Source: Octopus vulgaris
Lineage: Eukaryota
Direction: 5' to 3'
Length of the DNA: 124,000 nucleotides
Assembly (NCBI GenBank): GCA_951406725.2
Contig: OX597818.1
Location: 27,920,001 to 28,044,000, forward strand
The notes beneath the pieces are model-generated. The model was given only the letters and a program-made list of their open reading frames with translations. It did no database searches and had not been told where the DNA came from. Below, piece after piece: positions 94,281-108,558 of the stretch (position 1 is its first letter; each line of letters opens with the position of its first letter). The translations under genes and the position numbers were made by a program.

Positions 94281-97200
94281 GGATGACTGCAGTCAGTTTT
94301 CAGGATTTGAAGAGTGAAATATTTTCCTTATACCTCCCTCTACGTTGTTAATTGGTTCCAGGAGACATGATTTAAGTTGAAAAATGACTTAAGTCGAATT
94401 AGTTTTTTCTAGGCTAGGCCAGGCCAAATTTACTTGTCTCTTGGCTAAACCGATAATAACTATTCCCAGTTCTGTACTTTATTTATGAATACATTTTCAA
94501 TAAATACATGGTTAATAAAATCCTATTTTAAGCTTACAAACAAATAATTTTTATTTTTTAATACAGTACAGTAAAAAAAAGTAATCTAAATTTACAATAC
94601 AATTTGGCAGTGTTTACCATACATTGCAGATGCTTTATTTATGAATGTGGTTTGCAATAAGACAAGGTAAACTAAAAGCCTTTTTTATGCTCAAAAACAA
94701 ATTCAGTAAATATTACTATTTTGCAATAGTGGAAAAAACTAAATTATTTTAAATTTACCAATACATACATACATCATGGTTGTAGATGATTGTGGATCAT
94801 CAACATCAACAGCTGACTCTAGCTGTTCTTGTTTGATGCACTAAAAAAACTGGATGAGAGTTCCTTGAACTGTCTTCTTTTTGTCAAAGATTACATTATA
94901 GGGAGCAAAAGCTTTGATTTTTATTTTCCCATATATTATTTTTGAAAACCGATGTATATTCGAGAAAGACTTAAATCAAAACGACTTAAGCCGAGGTATG
95001 CCTGTATTCGTACATTTAATATTTGCACACTTTTTAATCTTTTTCCATTGCAATTTAGTTGTAACTTTTGTTTTGTCATGTCCATGTGAAATTTATACAA
95101 AAGGTAATAACATGAAATATTTTTAGGATTTGAAGATTAAAATATGTTTTCTCATTTGTAATATTTCAACTGTGCAGATTTTAATCTTTGTTCTGTTTTT
95201 ATTTTGTTCTATTTGATACTTCTATTCCATATTACTCACAATTTTCTTATTGTGAAGTTTAGTTTTCCCTTTGTCTGGGACAAAAATGAAGTACTGTATA
95301 AGTGTACATGCAATGCTACCAAACTCTTAAAATACTACACCAGCTGTAGCCCCATCCACTTGCATGAATTGAGACACTGATGAAACACATGGAGATAAAT
95401 ATCAGTGCTGGGCTGAACAGTGAATAGTTGAACTGGAATATCGTAGTGCAGGTGTGGATTCAGAAATTTCTGGTGGGGGATGGGTCTCAGGTTTGATTCA
95501 TTGCAATTGGTTAATGAAATGAAAGTGTAATATGTTCAGAGATACTGAAAAAATTCATTTTTATACTGAACCATTCAAGGGCTATTTATTGCTGGTACAA
95601 AAATATGCTTTCCATCATACATATTTAAACAGAACATTCAAATTTGAAAACTTTCTTGATTAGTGGGGGAAGGTGCATTACCCCTATCCCTTCCCTCTGA
95701 ATCCACCCCTGTCATGTAGTTTTAATATTACAGTGGGTCATAACAGTAGGTGTAAACTTTAAGAGCAAACTTACCATACCATATCTCTGTACTGATGGTC
95801 CCACAAAATAAATTGGTAAGGTAGGTGAGAGCTGCCTTTTGTTAGTTTTACAGACGTGAGTGTGGGGTCACAATGGGAGACAGTCACAGTTAAGCCAACA
95901 TAAGGAATAGGGCAAAAAAGTGTTAGATGACCAGCCAAAATAAATGCTAGGAACATTTTAAGTGCTGTGCTGGAGATTACAGTGGATTTTTGTTTTTTCA
96001 TTGCATCTGTAAAAGTAACAAAACTCAAAGTGTCAGGACCTTATATTTATGTTGGGTTTTTTTCAAATTTTTGGCTGTCAAAATTCTCAAAGATGAAGTG
96101 TCTTTGACGCCGGGAAATATTGTAAATTCTTATTAAGTTTCTTATTTGTTATTAGTTAAATTCTAAAAGCAAAAACCTAACAACTATTTGTTTTGGTTGT
96201 TTCCTGTCTCTGTTAAACTGCAAATTCTTTCCAAGTTTCTAAACTAACTTACAAAATGGAAACATTCAACTAGGAATTCTTTAACCACTAAGCATTCACA
96301 TACGTCTTCAACTTCTATACAAGGCTTGCATGTTCTTCAGAAATGGAAACCTGCAAAACATCTTGCAATTAATCTTGTTAAAGGTCACCAAAACACAACC
96401 CCACACATCTCAAGAGAAAAATCTGTTACACATCTTTTCACTCACAAATATTTAAACTTAATGTAAATTCAACATTCTTCAAATATTTTTCACTGATCGA
96501 AAATACCCCAACTATCCAAACTTCAGTACCAAACAACTATGACAATAAGCAACCATCACCAAGAAAAATTTCTCATCCCCACATCAGAATCATACAGTAA
96601 ACTCTCCTGACAGTTGCTGCAAAACTACCAAACCAGAAAAATCACATGGGTGAGAGCTGATAGTTATTGGTACAGAAAGCACATGTTCTACAGAGCAACC
96701 TTGATAAATTATTCAAAGATACAATGATCACTGAGATTAACGTGCTATATTGGCAGACAGTTGCACATACAATGCTAGTGGCTGAAGATGAGAATCATAT
96801 GACCAAAAACTAAAGGATCATAACATACTTGAATGTTATATATACATTATATATATTTATCTTGAATGCATTCCTCCAGGATCACTGTAAAACAAATAAT
96901 GTGTTGTGACTGAAGAGTAGGCAGGATGAAAAGAAAGAAGTCTTGTGTTGGGATAAACAGTTTCTTGTTAACCTTCTTTAAGGTAACAAAACAACATTGC
97001 TAAAACTTGCTGACTGTATGACTAGGCTATAAGAAGTTGTTTTGATTCCATTCCTCACTCATGGATAAGAGAATCACTACATTTTGCTGAGGTTCCAAAT
97101 GGTATATTCATTGCTATTAAGGGACTGACAACAACATAGTCCACAAAAGCTATGAATAAGAAATGGAACTACCACTATAGTCACTGACAAAATTACATTA

Positions 97201-97344
97201 TCAACAAGAATATTTCTGGGTGACAGCTTATCTGTAAATCTTTTCATCCTAGAAGTGAACCTTTTGTCAGCCTTTTAAGGGCTACATGATAGGATCTGCA
97301 AATGAAAGGAGGATTTGTGTCATCCACATCTATTCTGTTGGTAA

Positions 97345-97381
<37 letters not shown>

Positions 97382-100300
97382 CCCACCCCTCACCACTACT
97401 ACCATCTCACAGTTTTATTTTCCATATTCTTTTGTTCATCCTCATCATCTTTTGTTGATCATAAAAGGTGGATCACTTCTTTTGGGGTGGGATGGTGGGT
97501 AGGTATACCATACTTCACAGTTTAATGTCATCATCCACCCATTGGTTGTCTTGAGTGGAATTCATACCAGACCCTCTACACTTCCTTCAATACCAAAAAT
97601 TAGATCCAAATCTCTTGATCAATCCTCCCTCCTCTTTTCAAACATCCAAAGTTTTTTCTCTCTCCTAGATTCCATATATCACCTCTTGTACACATCTTAT
97701 TTCTCACTATGATGTAAATTTTTTAACACCTATCCATAACCCAACTCCATTGTCCAGATTACATTCATCATCATCATCATCATCGTTTAACGTCTGTTTT
97801 CCATGCTAGCATGGGTTGGGCAGTTCGACCAGGGTCTGGGAAGCCAGGAGGCTGCACCAGGTTCCAGTCTGATCTGGCAGTGTTTCTACAGCTGGATGCT
97901 CTTCCTAACGCCAACCACTCCATGAGTGTAATGGGTGCTTTTTCGTGCCACCGGCACAGAGGCCAGGGGAAGCTGGCAACATCCATGATTGGTTGATGCT
98001 TGGTGTTTTTTACGTGCCACCGGCATGAATATTAGTAAAGGCGGCGCTGGCATTGGCCATGTTCGGATGGTGTTTTTTACATGCCACCAGCATGGGTATC
98101 ACAACTACAATTTCTATTTGATTTTTATTTTGATGTTGATGTACTTGACTCAATAGGTCTCCTCAAGCACAGCAGGTTGCCCTGCAATCCAAGGTAAGCA
98201 CAGCTGACCATCCTGCAAGCCATGAACTCATTTCATTTGTCGTGTCTTCTCAGTCACAGCATATCTCCAGAGGTCTCGGTCTTTCATCATTGCCTGTGTA
98301 AGGCCCAACGCTCAAAGGTCATGCTTGACCACCTCCTCTTCTCAAATTTCATTACAAAACATAGTAGTGCTAGTACATATACAAATGCTGCTCTCCCAAT
98401 ATCTCACCTTTTTCATCTTCATTTCTGCAATCCAACTTTTCAAGTTTTCTTCCCTGATTCCTACATATATGTCTGTTCCCCCTATCATACGCCGAGCTCC
98501 TTAAAATATCAGTAATTCTTTCACCATAGCTTTTCCTGCATTGAAAACATATATTTCAACTCTTTCCTCTTTGTCATCATCCTTGAAGACTTCAATATTC
98601 TCAGATCCTGCAGTGGTCAATTTGGCTTTTCATCCTTTCATGGTTGATAATCAAAGCACAAATCCAGGCTGGGGGGTTAGCAGAGCTACGAAAAGGTTGT
98701 ACCTGATGCCTTTTACTGCTTGTCTTTGTTAACTACCACCTGCAACTTGGATGCTTTTAGTGGAGTCTGCTCAGTTGCTGGCATTCTCTGGTTTGAATAT
98801 GCCTTCCTATTTCCCACAATTTTCAAGAAGCTTTATGTCATGGGCACTGCCTTGCCTTCTCAACTTCCTCCTGTGTTCACCAAATTCTATAATATCTAAC
98901 ACTGTTGGATATACTATGACTATTTATGTAGTGTAAATCCACTCTTCATATCAATACCTTGAAATAATCTTCATAAATCCAAGAATAGTTGTGTATTGCT
99001 TTGATGGGAAATGCTTACAAATTTTATAATCACTATTTTTCTATTCCTTGATTCAAAGATTAGTATCTTTAATTGGATTATCTGAAATCATTAAAAAAAC
99101 ATGTTATGGAAATAAAAGTTGTAAACAACTCTTCCTAAACAGCTATATTAGGATTTTAAAAGATTATTTCTCAATATAGATTCAAAGTAGTTTATTTGAC
99201 AGTTGTATTAAAGCAATGGCATAGTGGTTAATGAATAAGGCATTAACCATTACGCTATATGTAGAATATTCTTACTAAATATCTGCACCAACACTTGGTA
99301 TAAAATAATGAAACGTGTCCTATCTTCAATCATAGATGTATCCCCATGTTTTAGTTAAATGTTGAACTTATTGTTAGAGGACTGCACACACACAAATGTA
99401 TTTTACTTACATGACCCTAGTAAACTGGATGAAAGAAATAATAAATAAAGCTGGTGATCATAACAGTTAAGTTCCCATGTGGGTATGAACTAAGCATGGA
99501 TTCAAATAGGATGTTTAGAAATTTAGCTATGAATTGGCTTATTTCACTGTTGAATTTGAATTACCAGCTGTAGTATAATAGTTAATGCACCATGAAATCA
99601 TGAGGGAGAGGTTCAATTCTAATCATCTCTTCATTTTCATATATCTCTTTTGTTTGCATCTATAATTAATTTATGATACCCAAATAGGCTCTATATAAAA
99701 ATCTACAAGGTGCTTGCATGCATGTGTGAATCAGCTATCACTTGGAATGTAATAAAATATCAATTGTAACATGAGTGTGATACGACAGTCACTATAAATT
99801 GGATTGAATGTGAGATATTCATAACAGTTGAGGACAATGTCATTTGCTAACCATCCACTTTTCATTTACTAGTCACTATTTGGTAGCGAGTATTCAAGTT
99901 TAGGCTATGATTTTATACCAAATGTATAGAAATAGCAAATAAAATGGCAACTAAAAATATGTAACAGTCTCCCTTTTTGTGTAAAAAGTCATTAAAACTT
100001 TAGAACTTATTGCTCTAACGAATCCATGTTTTCTTTACTGTAACTTACGGTAATTTTTACATCTTTTAATATAATTTCTGAGATCATAATTCATATTTTC
100101 TTTCCTTAAGAAGAATTTTGTTTGTACACCTAATTTTAAAGTTCCAGTCATTCTAGTATTTAAGCAAGCGTCTTCTATAATAATACTCTTGTGGTTTTCT
100201 CTGTCACAACATATGAATGAGAAAGGAAGGGGTGATAGCAAACTGGTTGTGGGAGCATTTTAACTCTGTGTGAGTATATGTGTATGTAAAAGGGAGGTAT

Positions 100301-103115
100301 GTGAATGTTCGTGTGTGTGTGTATGTGAGTATATGTGTGTGTGTACACGTACAAGTGAAGTATGTGAATGTATGTGTGAACCAGCATTCTTTCAGTAACA
100401 AACGATGATCAATGTCACATCTCAAAAGACAACCACTAGATTACATTGACAAGTGTATTAATTTGATTTACCATCTATATTTATATATAAAATGCTACAA
100501 TTAGCCAGCATTTTTGATGGCACGGGGCCAGCTAGTTGTTTAATATTTAATTATTTTTATGCAAAGCATGTAATCATTTTTCACTAACAACAAGCATCAA
100601 ATAACTCTTTAAGAGATCAGGATCTCATGGTAACATCCCATGTACATTTTTATTATTTTATTTTTCAGATTACTAGTGATGGTCCATGTCAGTCTCATTG
100701 TCATCATTTCATGGACTCTTCTTGCAAGCTCTACAGATTTGGACTAAATATCCGATACTACCATAACATTATTGATCTCTGTCTTATTTTTGTATTTAAT
100801 GCATTGACAAATTCTCAATTTATCTTCAGTCTTTATAAATGTCTACCTATAAGCAAACATTTGCATTTATAAAGTAAACCCAGTTAAATTTCTGTATTTC
100901 TTTCCTCTTATATGAGTCATCATCATCTAAATACAGAATGGATATTTAGCAACATGGTTATGAATATCATTGATTTTTGAAACATATTTTGGAACAGTCT
101001 CTTGAAAAAATTTTAAGAATTTGAATTCACAACAATCTTTGACAAATGAGCTGCAATTACGATTGTTTTTTTTTTCTACATTAAACATATTCTTGAAACC
101101 ATTTACAACTTCATGATCAAAGTTTGTGATGTTCACTTTACATAAGTTCTTTATATACTTTCTATCAGTTAACTTCACTTGGATCAATGTATTCAGGTTT
101201 CATTCTGTCACATATATATATATACATAATTTCAGAATTATAGTCCTTGATGTTATCAAGTTTTAAAAGTTATCATTTCAGCGCTTTTGAATCCAGGGTC
101301 AGTTTTCTTTTAAATACTCAAAATATATATACACCAGTTATTTTTTACTTCTTGGTGATTGTGAGGCTATCTTTCCTGTTAACAATTTCAATAGAATTTT
101401 ATTTTACTCTTTCCTAAGATACAAGAACATCCAAATCTAAATTGTTAGAATACATAGATATAAAAGAAACCAAACTTACAGTTTGTACACAAGTAGCCTT
101501 GTGGATGCTAATGGTGATTCTCTGTAACTGCCTGAGATGGGAGATCGATGCTAAGACTTCGTCCAGACAGAGCAAGTTCAAGTCACCATCATGTTGCACA
101601 TGTCTGTCTGCCTTTAGTATTGAAAGGGATACACCCCTCTGGAGGTTAAGCAGCTCGAGCAGTGCCACAGGTGCAGGGATTTTGAGATGCAATGAGTTTG
101701 ACTCAAGAGAGGTGGAAGCATGGCACAGGAGTGACATTTCTCATTCCCAGCATTATGGAGGACTGGGGAAAGAACATTCATGGAAAAGGTTTGGGCATAT
101801 CCAGAGCTGTGTCTGTATGTATGTGTGTGTGTTTGTGTGTTAAAAACTAATTTTGAATGGAATTGAAATTATGTCAGTATTCGCAAAAGTAAGTGACAAG
101901 AAACAGAAAGGTTAAAAAAAAAAAGATATTTGGTTTTACTATAAAAATACAACAGCTCAGTTATTTTTCTTAGCACCATTGTAGGTTATATGTTAATTAC
102001 CTCAAAAATGCAGTCATTGTTTTTAAATAGTACAATTGTTGCATGGAAAATGTGAAAATAAAAATTTTGTATTAAAGATTCATGTGAGAAAGATTATGCA
102101 TGCAACTGATATAATTTCATTCACCAAATTTTCACATCATCCATCTCAAGCATACAAAAAGAATGCACAAAAAAAAAGAGAAAAATGTTATGTCTCAAGA
102201 TAAACAGGAAAGACAGAACTGTTATAAAAAAATATTTTAAATTTAAGTGTCTTGCTTGGTTCATGCTTTTCCTAAATGATTGATATATAGTTTAACTCCT
102301 GCTCACTAAAACAAAAAAGAAAACCAGTCTAATAGGTGGAAAATAATGTGTTGAAAATGAATATGAATATAAAAATTTGTGCAAATGAGGGTTGGTGTGG
102401 AGAGGGCTTTTGGAAAATTCACAAGATTTGATTTTTTCCTCATAACTTTCAGAAAAATGTATATGTATTGATGAAATTTTATAGAAATACCGCTTACATG
102501 GCATAGATTGCGACTATAAAGAAATAAGTGGGGAAAATGTTTTCTGATGCAGTGAGGAGAAGATTTCAGAAAATTCACATAAATTAACATTATAATCCAG
102601 ATTTCACTGGGTATTTTGGTTAGTATATTCATGTGTGTATGTATGTGTATTTATGCATCCTAGGGTATGCATGTGTGTGAGAGAAGTGAAAAGCCAACAT
102701 TAGATTGGATATGGATAGTGACCCATGACTGGAGCACAATTTCAAGTCAAAATGAGAGAGACAGAAGTGTAAAGCATTTTGTTTGAAGAATATGTATTTA
102801 CTGCATATGTCTGTATAGTTGTGTGCGTGTATATGTGCATGTTCATAACTGTAAACTTTTGTATATGTGTATTTCTGTTCATACACAAAAACAAATGCAC
102901 AGATATGTATAAAGTTATCCAGTTGAATAAGTATCTGAAGATACTGCCTCTGCACCTAACTCAACCACTCCATGTCAAATTTTGATGTTTTGCCATCTAC
103001 TTTAACACTCTGATTCTGAAGCTTCACCCACCTCTTTTAAACACTCTTTCAGCCTTCCTATAATGCTTGTAACACATTGGCCTAGTTCAATTTTCAAAGT
103101 GTTACTACAACATAA

Positions 103116-103168
<53 letters not shown>

Positions 103169-103965
103169 CATACACACACACAGAGTAAAGTAATTTATTT
103201 TATAGAAGGAGCTTCTACAGGACTAGAACTGTTTCATATATAGGAAGCTGGCTGTCAAAATAAGTTCAGGTATTTATGCATTTAGGCAGATTTAATGGAG
103301 TGGTGGTGACAGGGGGGGACGTTTTTTGGGTAGGTTGGTATTTAGGAGATAAACAGGGCACAAGCTATTGTTCTTAGGGGAGTGGTCAAAAGGCCAGAGT
103401 GTTTTTTGAAATGAGAAGAATCAGTGAGAAAATAAATAAATAAATAAATAAATGAATAAATAGAATAAATGAATAGAAACCCCAAGAATAGTATTTCAAC
103501 AGATATATGGGATGGGATTTTAGGTAAAATAGAAGACAATTGCTTTTAGGTGGTCAAGAAGAGGTAGGCAGTTTGTTATTGTTAGGTGGAGGGAATAAAT
103601 AGATAAATATACATGAAAAAACATAAAAAAATATCCAAATCCACTCACAAGACTTTGGTCGGCCTGAGGTTATAGTAGAAGACAGTTGCCCAAGGTACTA
103701 CACAGTGGGACTGAACCCGGAACCATGTGGTTGGTAAGGAAGCTACTTACTACACAGCCACTCCTATATGTATATATATATATATATGTGGCACGTAAAA
103801 AGCACCCACTACACTCACGGAGTGGTTGGCGTTAGGAAGGGCATCCAGCTGTAGAAACATTGCCAAATTTAGACTGGAGCCTGGTGCAGCCTTCTGGCTT
103901 CCCAGAACCCCGGTCGAACCGTCCAACCCATGCTAGCATGGAGAACGGACGTTAAACGACGATGA

Positions 103966-104022
<57 letters not shown>

Positions 104023-104365
104023 TACATACATATGTTGGGGTGTCCATGTTAGTATTTGGGTGTGTTGGTGAGCGTGTTTGTGGGTGAATGCTCTGTTCAA
104101 ATATATATATATATATGTGTATATCATTTATTGTTAATGCAGGTATGCGTGTATTTCTGTTTATATCTGTATGTAGATGCATATATATATGCATGTATAT
104201 GTATGTGTATATGCATATGTATATATATGTGTGTGTATGTGTATTTGTAAGTATGTTTTTGAATGTGTAAATATATATATATATGTATATGTGTGTATAT
104301 GTATATATATAGATGTGTGTGTATGAGTGTATGTATGTCTATGTATCTGTATATGTATGTACGTG

Positions 104366-104406
<41 letters not shown>

Positions 104407-104659
104407 CTTTAAACTCTGGCTCTGTTGACACTTATATATAAGAGAATTGTTTATATATAAAAAAAATGTATATAAGTTGAAGCAAATTGTTGATCTTTTG
104501 ATGTTTTAATAATTGTTTATGTTATGTTATATCATATTCATAATATATTATGTTATAATATAAATAAATTATTAGAATGTCAATTGTATCTCTCCATTTA
104601 ATTTTATCTTTATACATATATATTTACATACATATATGTAATATGTACATGTATACATA

Positions 104660-104716
<57 letters not shown>

Positions 104717-105389
104717 ATATATATACATACATATATATGTATGTATATATATAAATTTATATAATTAAGGATAAGATCGTTAATCTAAAAATAAAATAAC
104801 GATTTTATCAAGTGGTTAGCATGGAAAAAAAATAACCTTTAAAGGTAATAATTATTAAAATTATGTATTAGGGAATCTACGAGATACTACCATGCTGAAA
104901 ATAGCAGTCACGATCTGACTCTAAAACCACCTTAATTGTCCATATATCAACATGGAGAGAAAACAAATAGACAAGATGAAACTAGTAAAAAATTACTGGA
105001 TAATTCTAGATCCCGGACTTCTGACTTTTTATTTAGGAATGCTTTGCCTCGTTAGTAGAATACACACACACGAGAAACATAAATACATACACACATACAT
105101 AGGTAATTAAATATTAGAGTATAGCTAGGCTAAAGATATTCAATAGTTTATTAATGTTTTTATTAAGCTAAATTATATCTTCACAGATAAATACATTTTT
105201 CCATATATTGACTCTATTTTTTTTACCTTCAATATTTAACACGATAAATGTATTGTAGACAACTGGTCCTAATGTTTTAAGTTTCAAATTATATAATGGA
105301 GTTTCTTTTATAAGAAAAATCATTATTTCATTATTTTATTTTTTAAACTCTATTTGCTTATTTATTTAACTATTATTGTTATTATTGTT

Positions 105390-105490
105390 AACCTGAAGAG
105401 TGACTATAATTATAAATTGAATTGATATTCGATTAAATTTAAATTTAATTGTAATTCGAATTTATTTATAGCCATGAAATGTGCGTAGTT
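105390..105490 (+). ncRNA. Hammerhead-like motif with long AT-rich stem II
   Basis: AAC-CTGAAGA-GTGACTATAA...TTATAGCCAT-GAAA-TGTGCG-TA-GTT; homologous degenerate copy near 47250-47350. Confidence 0.55.
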
Positions 105491-106844
105491 TTTTTTACTT
105501 ACTATATATTGATTATTCATTTTTGTACCTTTTGTGATCTAGTTATATATTTCTAAAAAATATATTTTATTTTTTATTTATGATTTGGTTTATGTCTATC
105601 ATTGTTTGAATTGCATAATAGTGGTTTCTCTAATTTATGTATTATACACACACACGCACGCACACACACACACGCACACACACGCACACACACACATACA
105701 CACACACATATATATCATTCTGTGTATATCTTGTATAGTGCTAAAAAATACAAGTGTATCAGTAGCAGTAAAAAGCATCCAGCAACACTAGCAGCAGTGG
105801 AAATTGCTAAATCTGGATTTAAGATCACATGAGAGACAGAGTAGTATACTCACTTAGTGGTAACTCTTAATAGCCACTGTAGTATGGAAATAGTCTTGTA
105901 TGAGGTAAAGGTAACATCAAAAGACCAGGTATGTGGAAGTATGTCTGAGCAACAGAAGATCCTTTTAGGACCATATTCAATAACCATAATCCCCTCTTTA
106001 ATATCCTAGAGACATGAAATGCCACAACCCTGGCTAGGCACTTACAATCATAAAGGGAAAGCAACATGAAGTAAAACATAAAGTAGAAAATCTTAGAGAA
106101 ATGCAAAATATCAGTGACCTTTGGGGCTAGGGGACTAACTCTTGATATAACTCATGTCCTTTTGTTTCATTGTTTTTCACAGCACCCACAAACCAGATTT
106201 TCACTACCAATAAAGGAGAGCAGTTGCCATATCTTTTCTCCATAACTGTCAGCTCTGACAAGCATGTGGTATTACATAATCATGCTGTTATCTATCATCC
106301 TGTTTAATATCCAGTGTGAAACCAGTTGAAAAGATCAGGCATAATGGATACATAATACTGTACCCTCTGATTAATATACCCACTCCATTGACAAATATAA
106401 CAGTACATTTTTTCTCACATGAATTGTTAGACAACTGCATACATAAATGTATACATAGGTATATGTACCTTAACATACATACATCAACACATGTACATGA
106501 AGAACATATGAATACATACACACATACCAATAGGAACTCTAAATGTAAGTGCATATACTTATGAGTACAATGCATGAAACTCTTGACCCATGACTCACTT
106601 TGTAACTTCTACTGATGAAAAACTATATGCACACACATCATCACCATCATCATCCTCGTTTAACGTCTGCTTTCCATGCTAGCATGGGTTGGACGATTTG
106701 ACTGAGGTCTGGCAAACCAGATGGCTGCATCAGGCTCCAATCTGATCTGGCAGAGTTTCTATAGCTGGATGCCCTTCCTAACGCCAACCACTCTGAGAGT
106801 GTAGTGGGTGCTTTTACATGCCACTGGCACAAGGGCCATTCAGA

Positions 106845-108527
106845 TTGAAAGTTTCAAAATAATTGAATTTTGTTATTCCATTTTCTCTCCCAAACCTTTA
106901 GCTTTTAGATGTATTATCAAAAAGATAAATTAAAACTCTAAATTTCTCCTTCCTGAGATGATTTGGTAACCATAGAAAATAGATATTTTGACACTGAATT
107001 ATCAGGATGTTTGTAAATGTAGATTATCTAAAAGCCAAATTATTTGAGTTCAGTCATTATGACAACAATTAACAGAATATCATATTTCAACAATGTTTAA
107101 ATAAGAATTAGAATATTGCTTGAGTGTATAAGTAGAGTGGTGTTTGTTTTGGGAATTACCATTTATGTAGATTAATTGAAACTATAAATTATATGGTTTC
107201 ATATTTTAACGATTGTCTCAACTCCAATAACAATGAATTTGAACATATATCTAAAAGATCATTTGGTAACTTTTGGATAAACCTCATGTTTCACTACTAA
107301 GAATATCCTTAACATTCTAAATCAGATATGTAGATGAGCTGTTTAAGTTATTTATTTTCTTATGGACAAATCAATTTACTTTCTCAAAATTTAAGCATTT
107401 AGTGTTGGAGTGAATGATATATTTCTTTGTTGTTTTGGTTTGGTAACTGTATTCAGCCCTAACCTCTCAGCTACTACATCCCTATAATATGCTGTCTTTC
107501 ATTAGTTGAAACATTAGCATTAGGAAGGATACCTAACTTTGAAAATAGTTGCTCTAACAATTCTCCCAGATTAGTTCATCAGGAACGAAATAAACTAAAC
107601 TTGAAGGTACATCAGATGAAATAACAGCTAAAAAACAAAACAACAAAAATACATCAACTTTTAAAGTATAAAATTGTTAAGATTTGTTTATAGTATAAAC
107701 AGTCAGTACATTTAGATCTGAATGTGCCTGATGCTCTGTAATACTAGGATGTTTCAATATAAGCATGTGAAATAGGACAGGCAAACTAAGTGACAGTCTT
107801 ACATATTGTAGAAAAGAGTTGCAAAAATAAGAATGGTATGTAAGGTGCAGGCATGGCTGTGTGGTAAGGAGTTTACTTCCCAGCCACATGGCTGTGGGTT
107901 TCGTCCCATTGTGTGGAACCTTGAGCAAGTGTCTTCTACTATAACCTTGGGCCAAGCAACGCTTGTGAGTGTATTTAGTAGGGGAAAACTGAAAGAAGCC
108001 CATCATATTTTATATATGCCATGGGGAGCTGAAAAGTTCCTGGCTTTAAAGTTATATTTCAAATAGCCTTGTTGGAGGCCCATAACTTAATTACAGATTT
108101 ATACATTAAATTTGCATTTATGTGACGTGAGGATAATTTCATCAGAGAAAAAAGATGTACCTTGGGATGTTATATGCGGACCTATCAATTCATTTCAGCA
108201 GATTAAATATTATAGTTTATGATTTCTATTATTATATTCTGGGGTGAAGTATTGTTTATGGATTGATTAGAATATGATTAGAGATAAAGTAAAATAAATA
108301 AAACCAGAACAATAAATAAAGTAAAAATAGAGATGATTAAGAGGAAATAAACATAAAAAACGTAAATTTATAGTTAATAAAAAGAATAAGGTATAAATAA
108401 AATTATAAAAGTTTATATAGGTATATGTGTGTATATATATACACACACACATGGTCACACACACATACACACACAGATACATGTATATACATGAATCCTC
108501 ACATATATGCATATATATGTATATGTT

Positions 108528-108558
<31 letters not shown>

